DNA of 64,000 bases, taken from NCBI GenBank assembly GCA_026770705.1, contig JANJGN010000033.1:14818001-14882000 (forward strand), written 5' to 3'. Made by a program: the position numbers and the translations under genes. This document shows, one piece after another, positions 39,201-53,300 of this stretch; within the stretch, counting starts at the first letter, position 1, and every line of letters starts with the position of its first letter. Under the pieces are notes generated by a model that saw only the letters and a list, made by a program, of their open reading frames with translations, was not told the DNA's origin and ran no database searches. This DNA comes from Isurus oxyrinchus. Taxonomy: Eukaryota.

Positions 39201-40704
39201 CAGTTGTCGAAATCGTGGAGTACTGTATTGAGCAAAAAGAGATAAACTGCTTTGAATGGTTGACATTTCATAACCATAAAACACAAACTCATGGTGACAA
39301 GCAAAAGAGCCAAACATGAAATGATGGAACTGACTAGTTAGCAATGAAAAACGTTTTCCAATAACTTTATTTGTATTTAAATTTTCTGTTTGATTTCCAT
39401 CCAATGCATGAACAGAGTTTCATTCACACAGTGAACTTTAAAGCAACACACGTGTTTGAACTTAACAGCTGAGCAACATTATGTTAGTTTATGAATGAAA
39501 CATTAATTTGAATTCATTTTACCTGTGTGACTGGATGGATGCTTCGCTGGCAATAGAGTAAGGGGAGTCGAGAAGATGCAAATCCATTCAAATTACCCAT
39601 GCCATCCTTTCCTGGCTTTAGCACAGCTTCAAGCATGATCGTGAAGTTTTAATCATAACTCTTTCCCTAAAAATGGTTTAATAAAGGAACCCAGCATTGG
39701 TAAAATAAATCTTTGCAACGATTTCTTGTCTGGCCCATGTCGAGTTTTACTGTACCTTTCCAAAGTTTTATCTTTGTCTGTTTCTCTCTCTCTCTTTGTT
39801 TAACTTTCTTTCTGTCTCTCTCTTCCTCTACCTCTCACTCTATGTGTCTCTCTCCTCGATTTTAGCTGTCTTTCACTTTCCTCTCTCTATTTTATCCTGT
39901 CTCCTTTATTCCTCTGTGTGGTGTGTGGGCACTGTCTCTCTTTCTATCTATCACTATCTCTCTGTCGGCCTGTCTATCTATCTCTGTCTCACACTATTGC
40001 ATAAGTTCCATCTTTGCTTGTGGTCCTGTCACACTTCAGTTATCCCTCTTCCACTTTTTCTAATTGCCCCTGTCTGTTGCACTTTTATCTGCTGATCCAT
40101 TGGTTGTTCATCGACCCCAGGGCAGAGTAAGTTTCCTTGTAATTTTTTTCTGCATCTTTTTCAGAGTTCCATCCAGTCACAACACCCCCAACCAACAAAA
40201 AACCCGCCCCTCCCCCCCAACTCCCCGCCAAGCCGCTAACCTGTACCTGCAAACCTGCCACCCATGCATTAATTCAACATTTGAAACATGTGCGTGTGCT
40301 GTTAGCTAATAAGAAGCTGTAATGGAGCAGGCAACTCCTTCGAACTCAACGACAGCACACTGAGCCTCGCCAGGTAGAGCACACACATGGAGGAGCAGTT
40401 CTGAGTCTTTCGAGATTCTGCAGGCAGTTCCTCTGAGGGGGAACTGCTGCTTCCCTTTGGCCAGCTTCACGATTGGCCAGGTTTTTTGGAAAAAGAAGTT
40501 TCACTGAAATTTGCCTCCGGTGGTAACTGCTGCTTCTAACCATTGGGCAGCTTCGGGGGTTTCCTGCCAGCGTTCAATTCGGAGCTTTCAAAAAGCTGGC
40601 ACTTCTTTTGCAGCTCTCCAAATTTATCTGCTCTCTGCGACGACCTAGTTTGCCTGGTGATTGCACTGGCCCTGACTGGATCCAAGGATATAGATTCCAT
40701 GGAA

Positions 40705-42690
40705 GTCCATGCTTTATCTGTAAAGAAAATACTGTCCTGACCATGGTGGAAAAAGAGGTAATTGAAATATTCAATGGGTTAAAATTGATAAAGAAGACAT
40801 ATTCAGTTGGTTGGCTAACTTCGATAATTAATTTCGATAAATCGCCTGGATCGCACAAGTTGCATCCACGGATACTGAGCAAAACAAGGGGAGAAATTGT
40901 AGGGACATGGGCAATAATAATACAATTATCATTAAGTGCAGAGGCGGTTAAGAGGAATCGAAAATTGGAAATGCTTCATCGTTGTTCAATAAAGGGTATA
41001 ATGAGACGCCCACTAACCAATACCCAGTCACGTTGACTCCAGAGTTTAAAGAACTTTCGAAATAACAATTTCTGGACGAAATTTACGGTCACTTGAACAA
41101 AGGCTGATAAATAAAGGAAACTGGTCAGATTTGTGAAGGAAGAATCGTGTCTTACGAGTTTTTTGAATTTTTCGATGCCGTAGCAAAGTGGGTAGATGAG
41201 GGAAATGCATTAAATGTAGTGTGCATGATCTTCTACAAGGCATTAGATAAGAACATAAGAAGTAGGTGCAGGAGTAATACATTCAGCCCCCCAAGTCTGC
41301 CCTGCTATTCAATAAGATCATGTCTGATCTGCCCCAAGCTTTGACTCCTCTTTTGCACCAGCTCCTCAGCGTCCTCAGCTCCTCGATATTTCAAAAATCT
41401 ATTTAACACCTCTTCAGTACTTTCATTGACCTAGCCTCAACAGGTCTCTTGGGTAGAGAATTCTAGGCATTCATCACCCTCTGAGAGAAGAAATTCCTTT
41501 GTGTCTCAGTTTTAAATGAGCTACACAAAGAGCATGCAAGCAAAGTTATAACGCTGGAATAAATGGAAACAGGGCAGATATGAATACTAAATTCGAGGAG
41601 TGACAGGAAAGAGAGACGAGTGGTGACAGTTTGCTTTTCGGGCTGGAGGAGGATATATACTTGAGTTCTCTTTGCTCACTGTCAGGACTGCTGCTTCTTC
41701 GTGTGTTAGGAAAATGACAAAGGATCGGACATGCAATGCGAAAATTCTAATTTTGAGCATGACTCAATACTAAGAAATGTTGTGAAGTCGAGGAGGATTG
41801 TGCTAAATTCAAAAGGACATAGAAAGGCTGACAGATTTGGCAGCCAAATGGCAGTTGGAAATTAATGCTCATAAGTGTGAAGTAATTAACAGTTGTCGAA
41901 CAAATTGTGTAATATATTGTAAAATAAAGTTTACAATTCAGGAGAGTGTACAGACACAGAGAGATCTGGGGTATACGTGCACAAATCATTGAAGGTGGAA
42001 GAATAGTTTGAGTGAGCATCTAATAAAGCATACACAATCCTGCGCTCTCTAAACAGGGCATAGATTGCAAAGTTAAGGAAGTTGTGATCAAACTGCAAAA
42101 AATACTTGGTTGGCCTCACCTGCATTATTGCGTTCAATCCTAGACACAACAATTTGGGAACAAGGGGCCAGCATTGGAGAGGGTGCATGAAAGCTTCCCG
42201 AGAATCATTTTTGAGTTGAGAAACTTCAGTTATGGAGATCAATTAGAGAAGCCGGGACTGTTCTCCATGGAGAGGAAAAGTTTGGGAGGAGATTTGATAG
42301 AGCCATTCAAACGTATGAGTGATCTGGACAGGACAGATAGAGAGGAACAATTCCCAATGGGAGAATAATCAAGAAACTGAAGACACTGATTTTAGATGAT
42401 TTGCCGCATAAGTAATGGTGGTGGGAGGGAAAGTAAAATTTACTTACATAGTGAGTGGTTGAGATGTGGATAGTATTATGGAAAATTGTGGTGCAAGAAG
42501 ATTCAATGTGCCTTCCAAGGGGGAATTAGATCATTATATGAAGAATAACAAAAAAAACAGTGCTTTGGAGAATTGATGTGGGAGTGGCACTAAGTGACTT
42601 ACACGCAAAGAGAGCTGGCACAGGAAGGATTGCTCAGATGGCCACTTTCAGTGCTAAAAACATTGTATGATTCAATGTGTCTATGACTTC
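40705..42690 (+). mobile_element. CR1-type LINE fragment, longer version retaining the RT N-terminal part
   Basis: DKSPGSHKLHPRILSKTRGEIVG matches the CR1 KSPGPDGLHPRVL motif (ORF 40608-41036). This part is absent from unit 1. Confidence 0.8.
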
Positions 42691-44540
42691 TAAGCACTGT
42701 GCCAGACCATTAATTATGTTCTGCTGTTGAGATATGTTGTTACGGTGAGATGATTCTGTTATTTTGCAATTTGTGCTACAAAAAGGCAAATAATGTTATG
42801 GTTATACAAAGCCTTGGTGAAAAAATCACCTATTTTTCATTCCTTAATGTGATAGGGGTATCGTTGACAAATCCAGCATTTTTGCCCAGCCATAATTCAT
42901 TTTGAACAAAACATTGTGGAGAGCAGGTAAAAATCAGCTAAATTGCTCTGGGTCTGGAAATTTATCTAGGCCAGACGGATCTGGGTAAGCATCGTGGATT
43001 TTTTCCCCCTAAGACTTTAATGAACTAGATGGGTCTTTCTGACAGTAGATGATAGGTCCACAGTTACTGAGACGAACTTTATATTCCAAATTTATTGACT
43101 GAATTTCAATTCAACTAGCTGCCACGGTGGGAATTGAACCCATCTCCCCAGGGCATTCGCATGGGTCTTTGGATTATCAATCGAGTGACACCATAACTAT
43201 GGCACCAGCCCCGCTAACTTTGGAACTATTTTCAGGTTTACACCATAACTCAGTTAGGATAATAGTTCCGCTAAAATGCTGAGAGGTTGCATTAAGGTCA
43301 GTTGATTTATCTTCAATCTAGGCCAGTTGATATGTAGTTTAATCGACAAATTTAAAATAAGTAGAGGGAGAAAAATCTTCAATGCAGCCGCAGAGAAAGC
43401 ATTTCACATCACGGGAAGTAAGGAGGATAACCATAACATTAAACACCAACCCTTCATGGTGCAAACCTGTAAGGATGGTTTCACACGAAGTGTAGAGGAA
43501 ATCTAAATCTGAATTCCTGAAACGATGATGCAGGAAGGCTGGGCAGCGGAATTTGGTGATTGCAGGAACTACATAGCTGGATTGTTATTCTTTAAGTGTA
43601 TCAAGCTTTCTAAAATAACAGTGGATAAATAGAACTGTAGCAAAGACCATCTATGATGTCAATGAATGGCAGTTCGCGCTTGCGAGGCCAGCACGCAATA
43701 GTGAAGTGTGGGGGGATTGACTGATAATCTTCTAAAAAGCACTCAGATGTGCTCTACAATGAAGCGCCCCTAGATTTTGAACTGGATGATATAGGAATAT
43801 TAAACATGGGAACATCATGTATCCACATGAACTTACACTGCCCTTCAAATAAATCACGCCTGACCTGCATCTTAAATTAGGTTAACTAGCTTTGCGACAT
43901 TCCTTGATACACCAATCTAATAAAATGTTTCTATCATAGTTTTAATAAGTCCACAATGACCCCAAGCATGCAAAGCATGTTGGGCGAAAGAGCTGCAGAT
44001 ATGCACCACTCTATACGTGAAAGAGTATTTGCTAGTTTCCCTCCTGGATGGCATATGTTTAGTTTAAGATCGAAGCACATTGTTACTGAGTGCTCCCTCA
44101 AAAAGCATAGGTCATCAGCAGCTAACCAACAATCATGTCAATTGCTTTGCTCATTTTAGACTCTTTGATTGCACGTCAATTTTCTGTCAGCCAACATGAA
44201 CATAAGAGGCCGAATGGGTTCCATCTGTGTTGTAATTTTCTAGGATTGTAATAATTTATCTCATTCCTGTCATCATAAATTCATATTCTAATCCTGGTCA
44301 CATTCGACGGAATTTGCAATGCTTCTCCAGCAAGGCCCATTTTCCTGATGTGTGGTTCCCAAAATTAAAAAAAGAGATAACGCTCTGGATAGGGTCTGTC
44401 CTAAGTTCTATGCAGCCAAAGAATAAAATCTACACCTGACTTTTCCAGCCCTTGTGACAAAGAAGAACTTCGTAATAAGAGTTACTATTTCTTCTTATGC
44501 TTATCAATTAACTTACAACCATTTTTGTACATGGGCAAAA

Positions 44541-44644
44541 AAGTCTTTGACAGATATAAAAACAAAAAAAAAAACAAAAAAAAAACAAAAAAAAAACAAA
44601 AAAAAAAACAAAAAGATAAAAAAAAAAGCAAGTCTTTGACAGAT
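44541..44644 (+). repeat. Same TSD-flanked A-rich tract in unit 2, 74 bp long, (CAn)-like
   Basis: Direct repeats at 44541-44555 and 44630-44644. Confidence 0.85.
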
Positions 44645-44899
44645 CCTTTCTTCTCACAGCTTGGAACAAATGCTGGTATATCTTTTCTTTTTCGTGTCCT
44701 AAATGAACTCAGTTTTACACGTTGAATTGCATCTGCAATAGTTTGGGCCACTTACACTATCATTGTGAAACAGCCTTATGCCATAATCAGGAACTCCTAG
44801 CCCAGGGTTTCCACTGACCAATTTGTTTGCATGCATGTAACACATTAAGCCACTTAAGATGATAGACAACATGAATGGATGAATATTGAGATCTAATGA

Positions 44900-45810
44900 T
44901 CAGTTATTTTTATTTTTAATCACTTTAACAATTACCATAAAGGGATATTTTAAGAGATTCTTCACTTCCTCTCTGAATTTACGTTGTATCACGGCATACA
45001 TGCAGGTGTTGGTGCAGCAAGCCGTGAGTTGAAGCATGAAAGCTAATTCCCGTATGTACACCGGTAAGTACACAGTCAAATAGCCCAGGTACGTCATTCG
45101 CCAATAAATACAATATATCATATATAACGTCCAAAGCACTATGAAATTCCCTGAAACCCCATAGAGAATAATCATTGATTTCCTGCGGTTCTCCATCTCT
45201 TGGTCAGTGAGACACTCTGTATTGACATGACTGCGTAGTCTCCTGCGGGCTCTGTTGGCCAGTAAAATGTACTTGACGGTGAGAGCATTGAAAAACAAGA
45301 CAAGAACAAATGGAATACATGGATTTATAATATAATGGATGAATTCCACCGTTCCCCAAGCCTTTGATTCAGCAACACTGTCTGGCACATTACAAAACCA
45401 GGATTGATTTATTAACCAGTAATTGCCCGTGTACATAAAACACCAAAAAATATTTTTTAAAGAGAAGAGCGCAATTATTGCCAATATGACCACATTTGCT
45501 GTTTTCTCCACACAATATTTAATTTTTAGCCTTTGGCAGCAAATCGCTATATATCGGTCAAAGGTGAAACTAACAGTGAACCACACAGAACAGTCTGTGA
45601 CTGCATGAAGAATGGCTGCATGGATATTACATACTGGGATATTCCTTATGAAGTTGAACTCTATACGGTAATTAGTAGGGATATGTCTCAACATCACATC
45701 AAAAGTAACGACCAGTAGATCAGCTGCGGCCATGGCCACCAGGTAACGAGTGATACATTTGGAGAGACCACACTTTCCACGAGACAAGATCACAATTGTC
45801 ACAATGTTAA
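44900..45810 (-). CDS. GPR139-like GPCR, copy 2, coding exon 2; full CDS join(48949-48799,45810-44900), 353 aa
   Basis: Protein identical to copy 1 exon 2, with three synonymous differences. Intact acceptor and stop. Confidence 0.93.
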
Positions 45811-48798
45811 CTGTAAGAAGTTAAACGAAAACATATAAAAATCAGAGTGAAGGTGTCTATCTTCTGGACTCATTGCCAACACAATGCTGTTGATGGAAAT
45901 GACTTTCAGTGAAGAGAATGTTTGACTACACTTCAGTGACTACTGGAAAATATTCATCCAGTTAGAAACAACTAAATGGGTAACGCAAGACAGTATAAGA
46001 ATATCATATTCAAAATAAAATGCTATAGTGTATTTGGTGCCTGAAATTTTGGCACTGGACTTTCTTCCATTGCTTAAAGTGTTGTATCAGGCAACTGGAC
46101 GAGTATGAGAACATGTTAAGCCAATTCCCCAGTTGTGATACATAGTAACTGAAGGGATCTTATTGGGCTTCTAGCTAATTGCAATGGTCACAACTCACTG
46201 ATGCTGTGTTACATGTGTGACCAGTGAATGACTAGCCCCTGATCGTGACTCATATTCAAGGTTATGGAGGAGGAAACAAATCCATGTTCATTTCCTGTTC
46301 ATTTTTCAGTATCTGCTGCTGTAATTTAGGACTTCACATTTCAGGATGATAGGATCAGCCATAGTGAAACTCTTTAGGAATTAACGAGAGGCATATTGAT
46401 CTGTAGGGGCTTGGAATTGGAGACAAGGCATGTACATGCAGCTAAACTCTAACAAAGTTAAAGAGCTTTATTTCCCATCTTGGAATCTTGCAACAAGGAA
46501 TCAGACCACTCGAACATTTTTTCTTGTGCCAGCACTTTTAATGAATGTCAAATTGAATGGATTACCCTGCTTTTCCTTATAATTTTAGAATATTCACGAC
46601 AACAAAGTCATTATCCAATTTACTTTTGAGTGTTACTCTTGGAACTGCTTTCATCACTCTTTGAGACGTTGAAAAATTAACCAACGCTCTACTTTCAAAC
46701 GAAATCCTCATACCAGCTATGGCATTTTTGACATGTACCTTAAAATCGATCCTTTGTTTACCAACGCTCCTTCTAATGAAAGACGTCCTCTTTGTTTCTT
46801 CCTTCCACTCATTTGATAATATTAAGTTGAAATAAAATATTACCTGCCACCTCGTTAAAATTCTCTGCAAGAAGGAGAATTATTGCAGTTTCTCGAGCCT
46901 CACCACGTTAAGGGAGATTGAAAAGCACACTTAAGATTGGATAAGAGGATTAATATATAGGCTTAGTCAAAGGAGCTGCACATTAATACGGCATTATGAA
47001 ATTCGAGAAGGATCTGACATAGGAAGAACGGGGAAGCAGGATGTGAGCGTGCAACCTTAGAAAATGTTGGGCAGTATGTGTATTTGTTGTGAAACTAACT
47101 CTGGATTTTGAGAAAGTAATCATAAAACCAGCATGAGCAAGTTCGGGAGAGGTGGTGAAATAGAATGAAGAAAGCTACCACATATAATCGATAAAACAAA
47201 CATTAATTTACTTGTTCCATCCGTTGCAATAATTACACACACTGATCAACTTATATTGATATCATTGAATTTTCACCAAATGCACACAATACTTGTTCAA
47301 ATTGTCAAAATACATCGCAGAAATATCGGTTCTTTCGTGCAATAGAACATTGGCCATATCAGATCTTTCCTGCGATACAACATTGGCCATGCTGCAGAAG
47401 GATTTTTTTTAGATCGGTAAAGCCATTTTTGATATCCATCATTGAATGGTGCCATGCAATTGCACATTTCTCTGTATTTTATTTGTTTTGTATGGATCTC
47501 AAAATTCGATGTTTTACTAACATGAATCATAATTCCAAAATATCATCATGGATTCATAAACCTGTGATATGGAAAAGCTGAGAGTTTTAACCTGTTTGTG
47601 AGCTATGGCTCCACGGACAATTAATATTGGAACATTGCAACAGACTGATGGAAAATGCTGAATGTGCCTATCTATGAATTATCAGTAAAATGTTACATAC
47701 TGATATGGGATAACATTTCGAAACAGAATTGTTAATCAGCCATTGATGTTGTGCTGAATAAAGATATGTTGAATGGAAACTAGAAGTGTCGCACTTGCGG
47801 AGATACCTCAAACAAATGGCTATAGATACAGTGCGGAACTATAGGTTCAACTATCAGTGCACTATAGCACTGGTTCAAAACGTTGTGGTGCACTGAACAC
47901 TAGTTAACTTGAAGATGCAATGTTCATTGTATGGAAACCATATGGTCGTGCCCTCATACAGTTACATCTGTCTAATTGGTTGCATTATCAGGCACAGAAA
48001 GAAGAGGGCTGATAGCAGCCTCATTGGAACATGCTAACAAAGCTAGAACAAACAATGCAGTTCATCGTCATTACCCAAATAATGTATAAAAATAATCTCC
48101 TAAATGCAAGAATAGTAACGCTGTTTGGAATAAATCATAATATAGCTATTAAAAGATACTGATATTAATGTATAATGTCCAAATATTCTGTGTGAGGCAG
48201 CTTAGCGGAGTTGAATTACTTCTCTGTGGCTCACCATTTGTCGTACTCACTCTATTACTCGACATAACAAAGTATTTCTTCAGATAAGATTAAAGTCCTC
48301 GCATTTAACGCTCTACTCTCAAACATGCATGGTACGGCCACGACAAACAGCACAAGTAATCATTCAACAATGTGATGATCTTATATACTGAAGTAAAGTT
48401 CGATGGTTAGCCAAATCTATCCAGATCAAACAAATTGTAAAAAAAAAGTGAAGACAATGATCTCAGTGAAATACACAGGCGGCTGGAAACAACCCCGTCA
48501 CGGAAGCATGGTACCTTCTTATACTTAGAGCAGACCGACTTTAGTCAGTGCAGAGGAGCAGTGACAGAAATAGTCCGATTGGAGATTTTAAAACATACAG
48601 CCTATAGATTTAGTCACTGAATATCAATGACTTGCGTGGCGCGTGAATAGTAAATGGGTGCGAAAATATTAATGATAAATATGACGCAGCTGTGCAATTG
48701 AACAAGCTTCATTGATGATTCAAATTGATACCGTAATTTGAATAATTCACTAACATCATAAACGGCAATGAAATACCTAGCTGGAAACAATGACTTAC

Positions 48799-48949
48799 AA
48801 GGAACACCAAATGCAACCAGAATTGGATAATAAACGCGCTGCACATTCCGAAAAGCAATTTGTATTTTCAGCAGCGGCAACATGTACGATAGTCGATCTT
48901 GCGTGAAAAGTGATGAACTTTCAAACTCCAGCATTTGATTTCCATCCAT
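48799..48949 (-). CDS. GPR139-like GPCR, copy 2, coding exon 1 (MDGNQ...FGVP)
   Basis: Same structure as copy 1, with the GTAAGT donor after 48799. One substitution (S4N). Confidence 0.88.
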
Positions 48950-49341
48950 GATCCACTTTCTGTGGCATCCACAGATTCGTTTGGCACTTCTAGAAATGCC
49001 TTTCTTCTTATAGAACTGATTATACTCTAGTGTGTTAATTATGACCCAGTAGCACCCACATTAATTACAGCAGTTGAACAAACAGATTCTGTTATTCCCC
49101 TTGTACTCAAATAGTTTCTTTTCTTGGAACACAGTGTTTTTATCACGTGTCACGAAACCTAGTAAAATCAGCAGAGTACAAACTCAAACAAACATGAAAC
49201 TACAATATAATAGAAATATGATGAAAGGAAAATTCGAAGAAATAATACAGAATCTGAAGCATGGGGTTTTTTTGTCCACTTGTGCAAAGGACGAATGGAA
49301 GGACATCTGATTATTTATTTGAGGTCGTCTCTGAAAATTAA

Positions 49342-50370
49342 TCTGAAGCCGTGGTATCAGTCAGTTCTGAGCCATGGATGAATCCTACTTTGAACGATTG
49401 AAAACAAACATTGAGGAGATTTTCGGAGACACTCTTGAGTCCCATCACATTTTTGTTTACAATAAAGTATTCTATGGCTCCGGAATAAGTAGTAAACATT
49501 GCCGATTTGAAGGAAATCTTTACTTTAAAAGCTTGGCTACAACTGTGTGCAAATACCAGCGCTGACTTTTGATTGCTTTTTAAGTATTGGCACTCGGGCA
49601 TCCCCATGTAGGCGCAACTCGCACACGTCGTAAATTCCTACAGATTTGTTTTCACAATCCACAATGACGTCTGTGAGGGAGTCACATGCTTATGATCAGC
49701 CCAGGAATGCAAAAGCTTTCAACTGATTCCCTTAAAGTGTTCGCACGACAAGACGATGTAAACATTCACATAGAGTGGGGTAAACTGTCCAAAACGCTCT
49801 GCAAACACATTCATGATCTCCACGAACAGAGGATCTGATCCTCGACCACATCTGGAGAATCTTTCAGAACTTTGAACCACCTCAGAAGCACTTCACAGAA
49901 TCCTGAGACGGCTGCCAAAGTTTGACAACCTCCTGAATGTGTAAAATTGGTGACACTCCCCCTTCTCTTGTGAAACATAGGGACATTAAAAGCCCGACAT
50001 ACCTCAATAACCTATATACAATAATGTATGTAAATGGCTTCCATGAAACGGGCCAGAATAATGAAGCAATGCTGATGGACGATTCAGCAAATGTTAAATT
50101 CCTCAATACTCCTTCAAAATTTCGAATCAATTTTGCTGGCGTGAAGACCACCTGAAAGCATGAGCTCCATATCACAAGCACAAATGCTGTGCTATCAAAG
50201 GTGTGGTTCCAGCTAACACAAATAATCACGTTGGCCAGTGTATGGACCGAGTCCAAGCCAGCAGCATTCCGAAAATCCATGCTGTAACCAACAATCACTC
50301 CCGCCATTGTGCCCTTGCCAGTTATTTGAAATAACAACCGAATTAGTCCGACTTTCTGACTTTCTCCCAC
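49342..50370 (-). mobile_element. Duplicate of the decayed Harbinger-like transposase relic
   Basis: Same motifs as 23800-24828 at offset +25,542. Confidence 0.5.
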
Positions 50371-53300
50371 TCATAGCAATACACCTTTCTTTCTGTTTCA
50401 CATATTCATCAAATTTCCCATCGAACGTTATTGGCTACGCTTCCAGCACCACACTGGACACCAAAACATCGGAAGATTTACAGGGACTGGTGCTGCCTGA
50501 GTGCGTACAATCCATTGCACCACCGGAATTATTAGCTCACACATCAACATTTGCAAATGCCATCATTTAGTTCAGAAACATAGTAAGGCCCCGAGAACAA
50601 ACTATGAAATTTAGTTAGATCATGGCTGGTCTGCACTAAAGCTACATTTAGTTAATGTCACCCAAATTCCTTGGTAATGTTACCTTGTAAAAATCAATCG
50701 TCTGCGTTGTTAGTCATTTCAATTCATCCAACATTCACAAGCAAACCTGTCATTTTGAATCATGTCTTCTTCTAAACTAGGAAGGACCCCAGCACCTATT
50801 TTGTGCATAATCTGGTTCCAAAAGCCTATCCGTTGCTTTTTAGCCTTGCTGAGGCGCTGCCCAGGCCAACAGGGAGAACCACCTCATCCTCTTCTAAGGC
50901 ATTACTGCAACCAGCTGAGAGGAAGGATAGGCCGGTCTCTCATTCATGTGGGAAAGACGCGGAGTAGTACTCTGTACTAAACTTGGCTGCTCAAATTTTG
51001 TGCTTAACGTCCCAGGCCCATGGAGTGCACATGACCCCGCCACAGCGATTTGCTGTGACAACGCCGAAGAAAAGCTTTTGGATTCGAGCCGCCCTTTCAA
51101 AATGGGAAATCGAACATGGCCCTCAGAAGTGAAAGCAATGAATCGCAACAGCTTCAGAATCTGAACGGGGCTTTGTCAGAGATGGGAGTTGCTGATTTGT
51201 GATATGCCGACATGAGCTCGGACAGAGTCATTTTAGAAAAGGTTAACCCAGGCAAGATCTTGGTTGAGAATTCCAGGATTCAAGTCGATTAATGTGTTAT
51301 TTTTCAACCGAGATAGCTTTAACATATAGATTGGTGTTTGCATTATTCTTCCTCGAAATCGCTTTGAAAGAACGTATTTCCATTTACATACAACCATAAA
51401 ATGCCGGAAAAACTCAGCAGGTCTGGCAACATTTCTGGACAGAGATAAAGAGAGTTAATGTTCCTAGTCCGTATGACTCTTCGCCAGAGCTCTGTTTCTC
51501 GCTCCACGGATACAGCCAGACCTGCTGTGTTTCTGCAGCATTTTACGGTTTTACTTCTGATTTCCAGCATCCGCAGTATTTTACTTCCATTTTATTGTCC
51601 ACACTGACTATCTCCAATTTTATGAGTATGGAGCTGCATTCAGGATCCTTCCCTCAGAACTGAAACACGCCTTCGGATTTACTGAACTTGGTTAAGGCTT
51701 CCCGGCTCAAAATATCTGTTCTTAAACACACATCCAGATTCCTGAATACATTGCAAAATTCCTCCGCACCTGTACGCCCCCTTGCGACCCTGTGTGAATA
51801 CTATTAGACTCTTCGATGTCGCCTTGTCAGACAGGACACAGCTTCAGAAAGCTTTCAGATTTTTGCTGGAGCCTCTTGAGAACATTCACTCTCTCCTTAT
51901 ACTCTACACTAAATACGGAAAACACCTCTGTGCTCCGCCACAAACATATAATTCGTAGAACCGTCTCTTTCAGTTATTATACTCCACTGACGCCCATTAT
52001 GTGACTGAACACTCCAGAGGTGCAATAGAGATGCAGAAATGTTCGTAAGCGGCAAAAATCTCCCAGATAATAATGTAAAGGCGAACAAATGACAACTAGC
52101 GTGATGCATGCACCAGGAGTGCATTAGTGAGCAAGTACTGCTCTTCTGCAGCTACGAGACATGAGAACAAGGGTCGAAACAAAACCATGACATTCCGTAA
52201 AGAGGAAGAACAGGGAGTTCATTTCTTACCCTGCTCCATACTTATTCTTCAAACAATATCACTGAAAATTTTGATCATTATGACATTGCCTTTGTGAGAC
52301 TTTGTTCAGCTTCATTGAGCTCATGCATTTCATACATTAAGACATTCCAAAACTACTTCAGCATCGGAAAGGCGTCTTTTGGATGTCCTCAGATCTGTTC
52401 CCGGCGCAATTACAAAGGATATAAATATAAGACTTTCCTTTTTATTTGTTTTTTCTGTACGTGTTCAGTGGCTCTTGGACAGGATGCGAATATTGAATCG
52501 GTATTCACATCACTTCACTATGGCAACATTCTCCTGATTAACTGATTAGTTGCCAATCAACGGATTATATTGGTCCAATCTCCGGTATAGCACAGGAATC
52601 TCTGTCAAACCGCTTGTAAGTGTGAACACAAACATACTTTTTTTTTTATGGCAGCCTGGTGGCAATATTACTGGAATAGTAACCCATGGTCCAGCGCTAA
52701 TGATCCAGAAACAAGAAGTAAATTTCACCGCAGCTTCAGATACCGTAATAATTCTGCAATAGCCATCAGGATGAGCATTGTACTGACAGATAGTTGTAGC
52801 AGACCAACTGGTTAACTACTATCGTTTAAGGAAGAAATCTGCAATACTTGTCTGGTATGGTTTAAATGTGACTGCAGACATTGAACAATACGGGTGAATC
52901 TTAACTGCCCTAAACAATTAGAAGCTGCATAAAGCTGTATTGAAAGGCCGCAGCAAGCATTGTCGGTATTGCAACACTACGTGAACTGCAGCGGTGTAGG
53001 AAAGCTCGTTATCAGATTATCCAGTAAAATTCACGATTGCCAGAAATGCTGGCAAAATTGGAAGAGATTCCTGTTCATCTCTGTGACAGAAGGATGTTTG
53101 GTGCTTCACTATTTTTAGCTGTGGACTGTAACATGTAAAGTAAAAGGGCGTGCTGCTACACAGCATCTCGGGCACCTTTGGTTTCTTTTTCGCTCATTGG
53201 ACTGGACCAGATTGGTGCTAATAACACAGAGTTCTAACACCATTCCAGACGGGACGGATTCGGTCCCTGTACCTTACGATACTTCTGGTGGAGATTGCGA

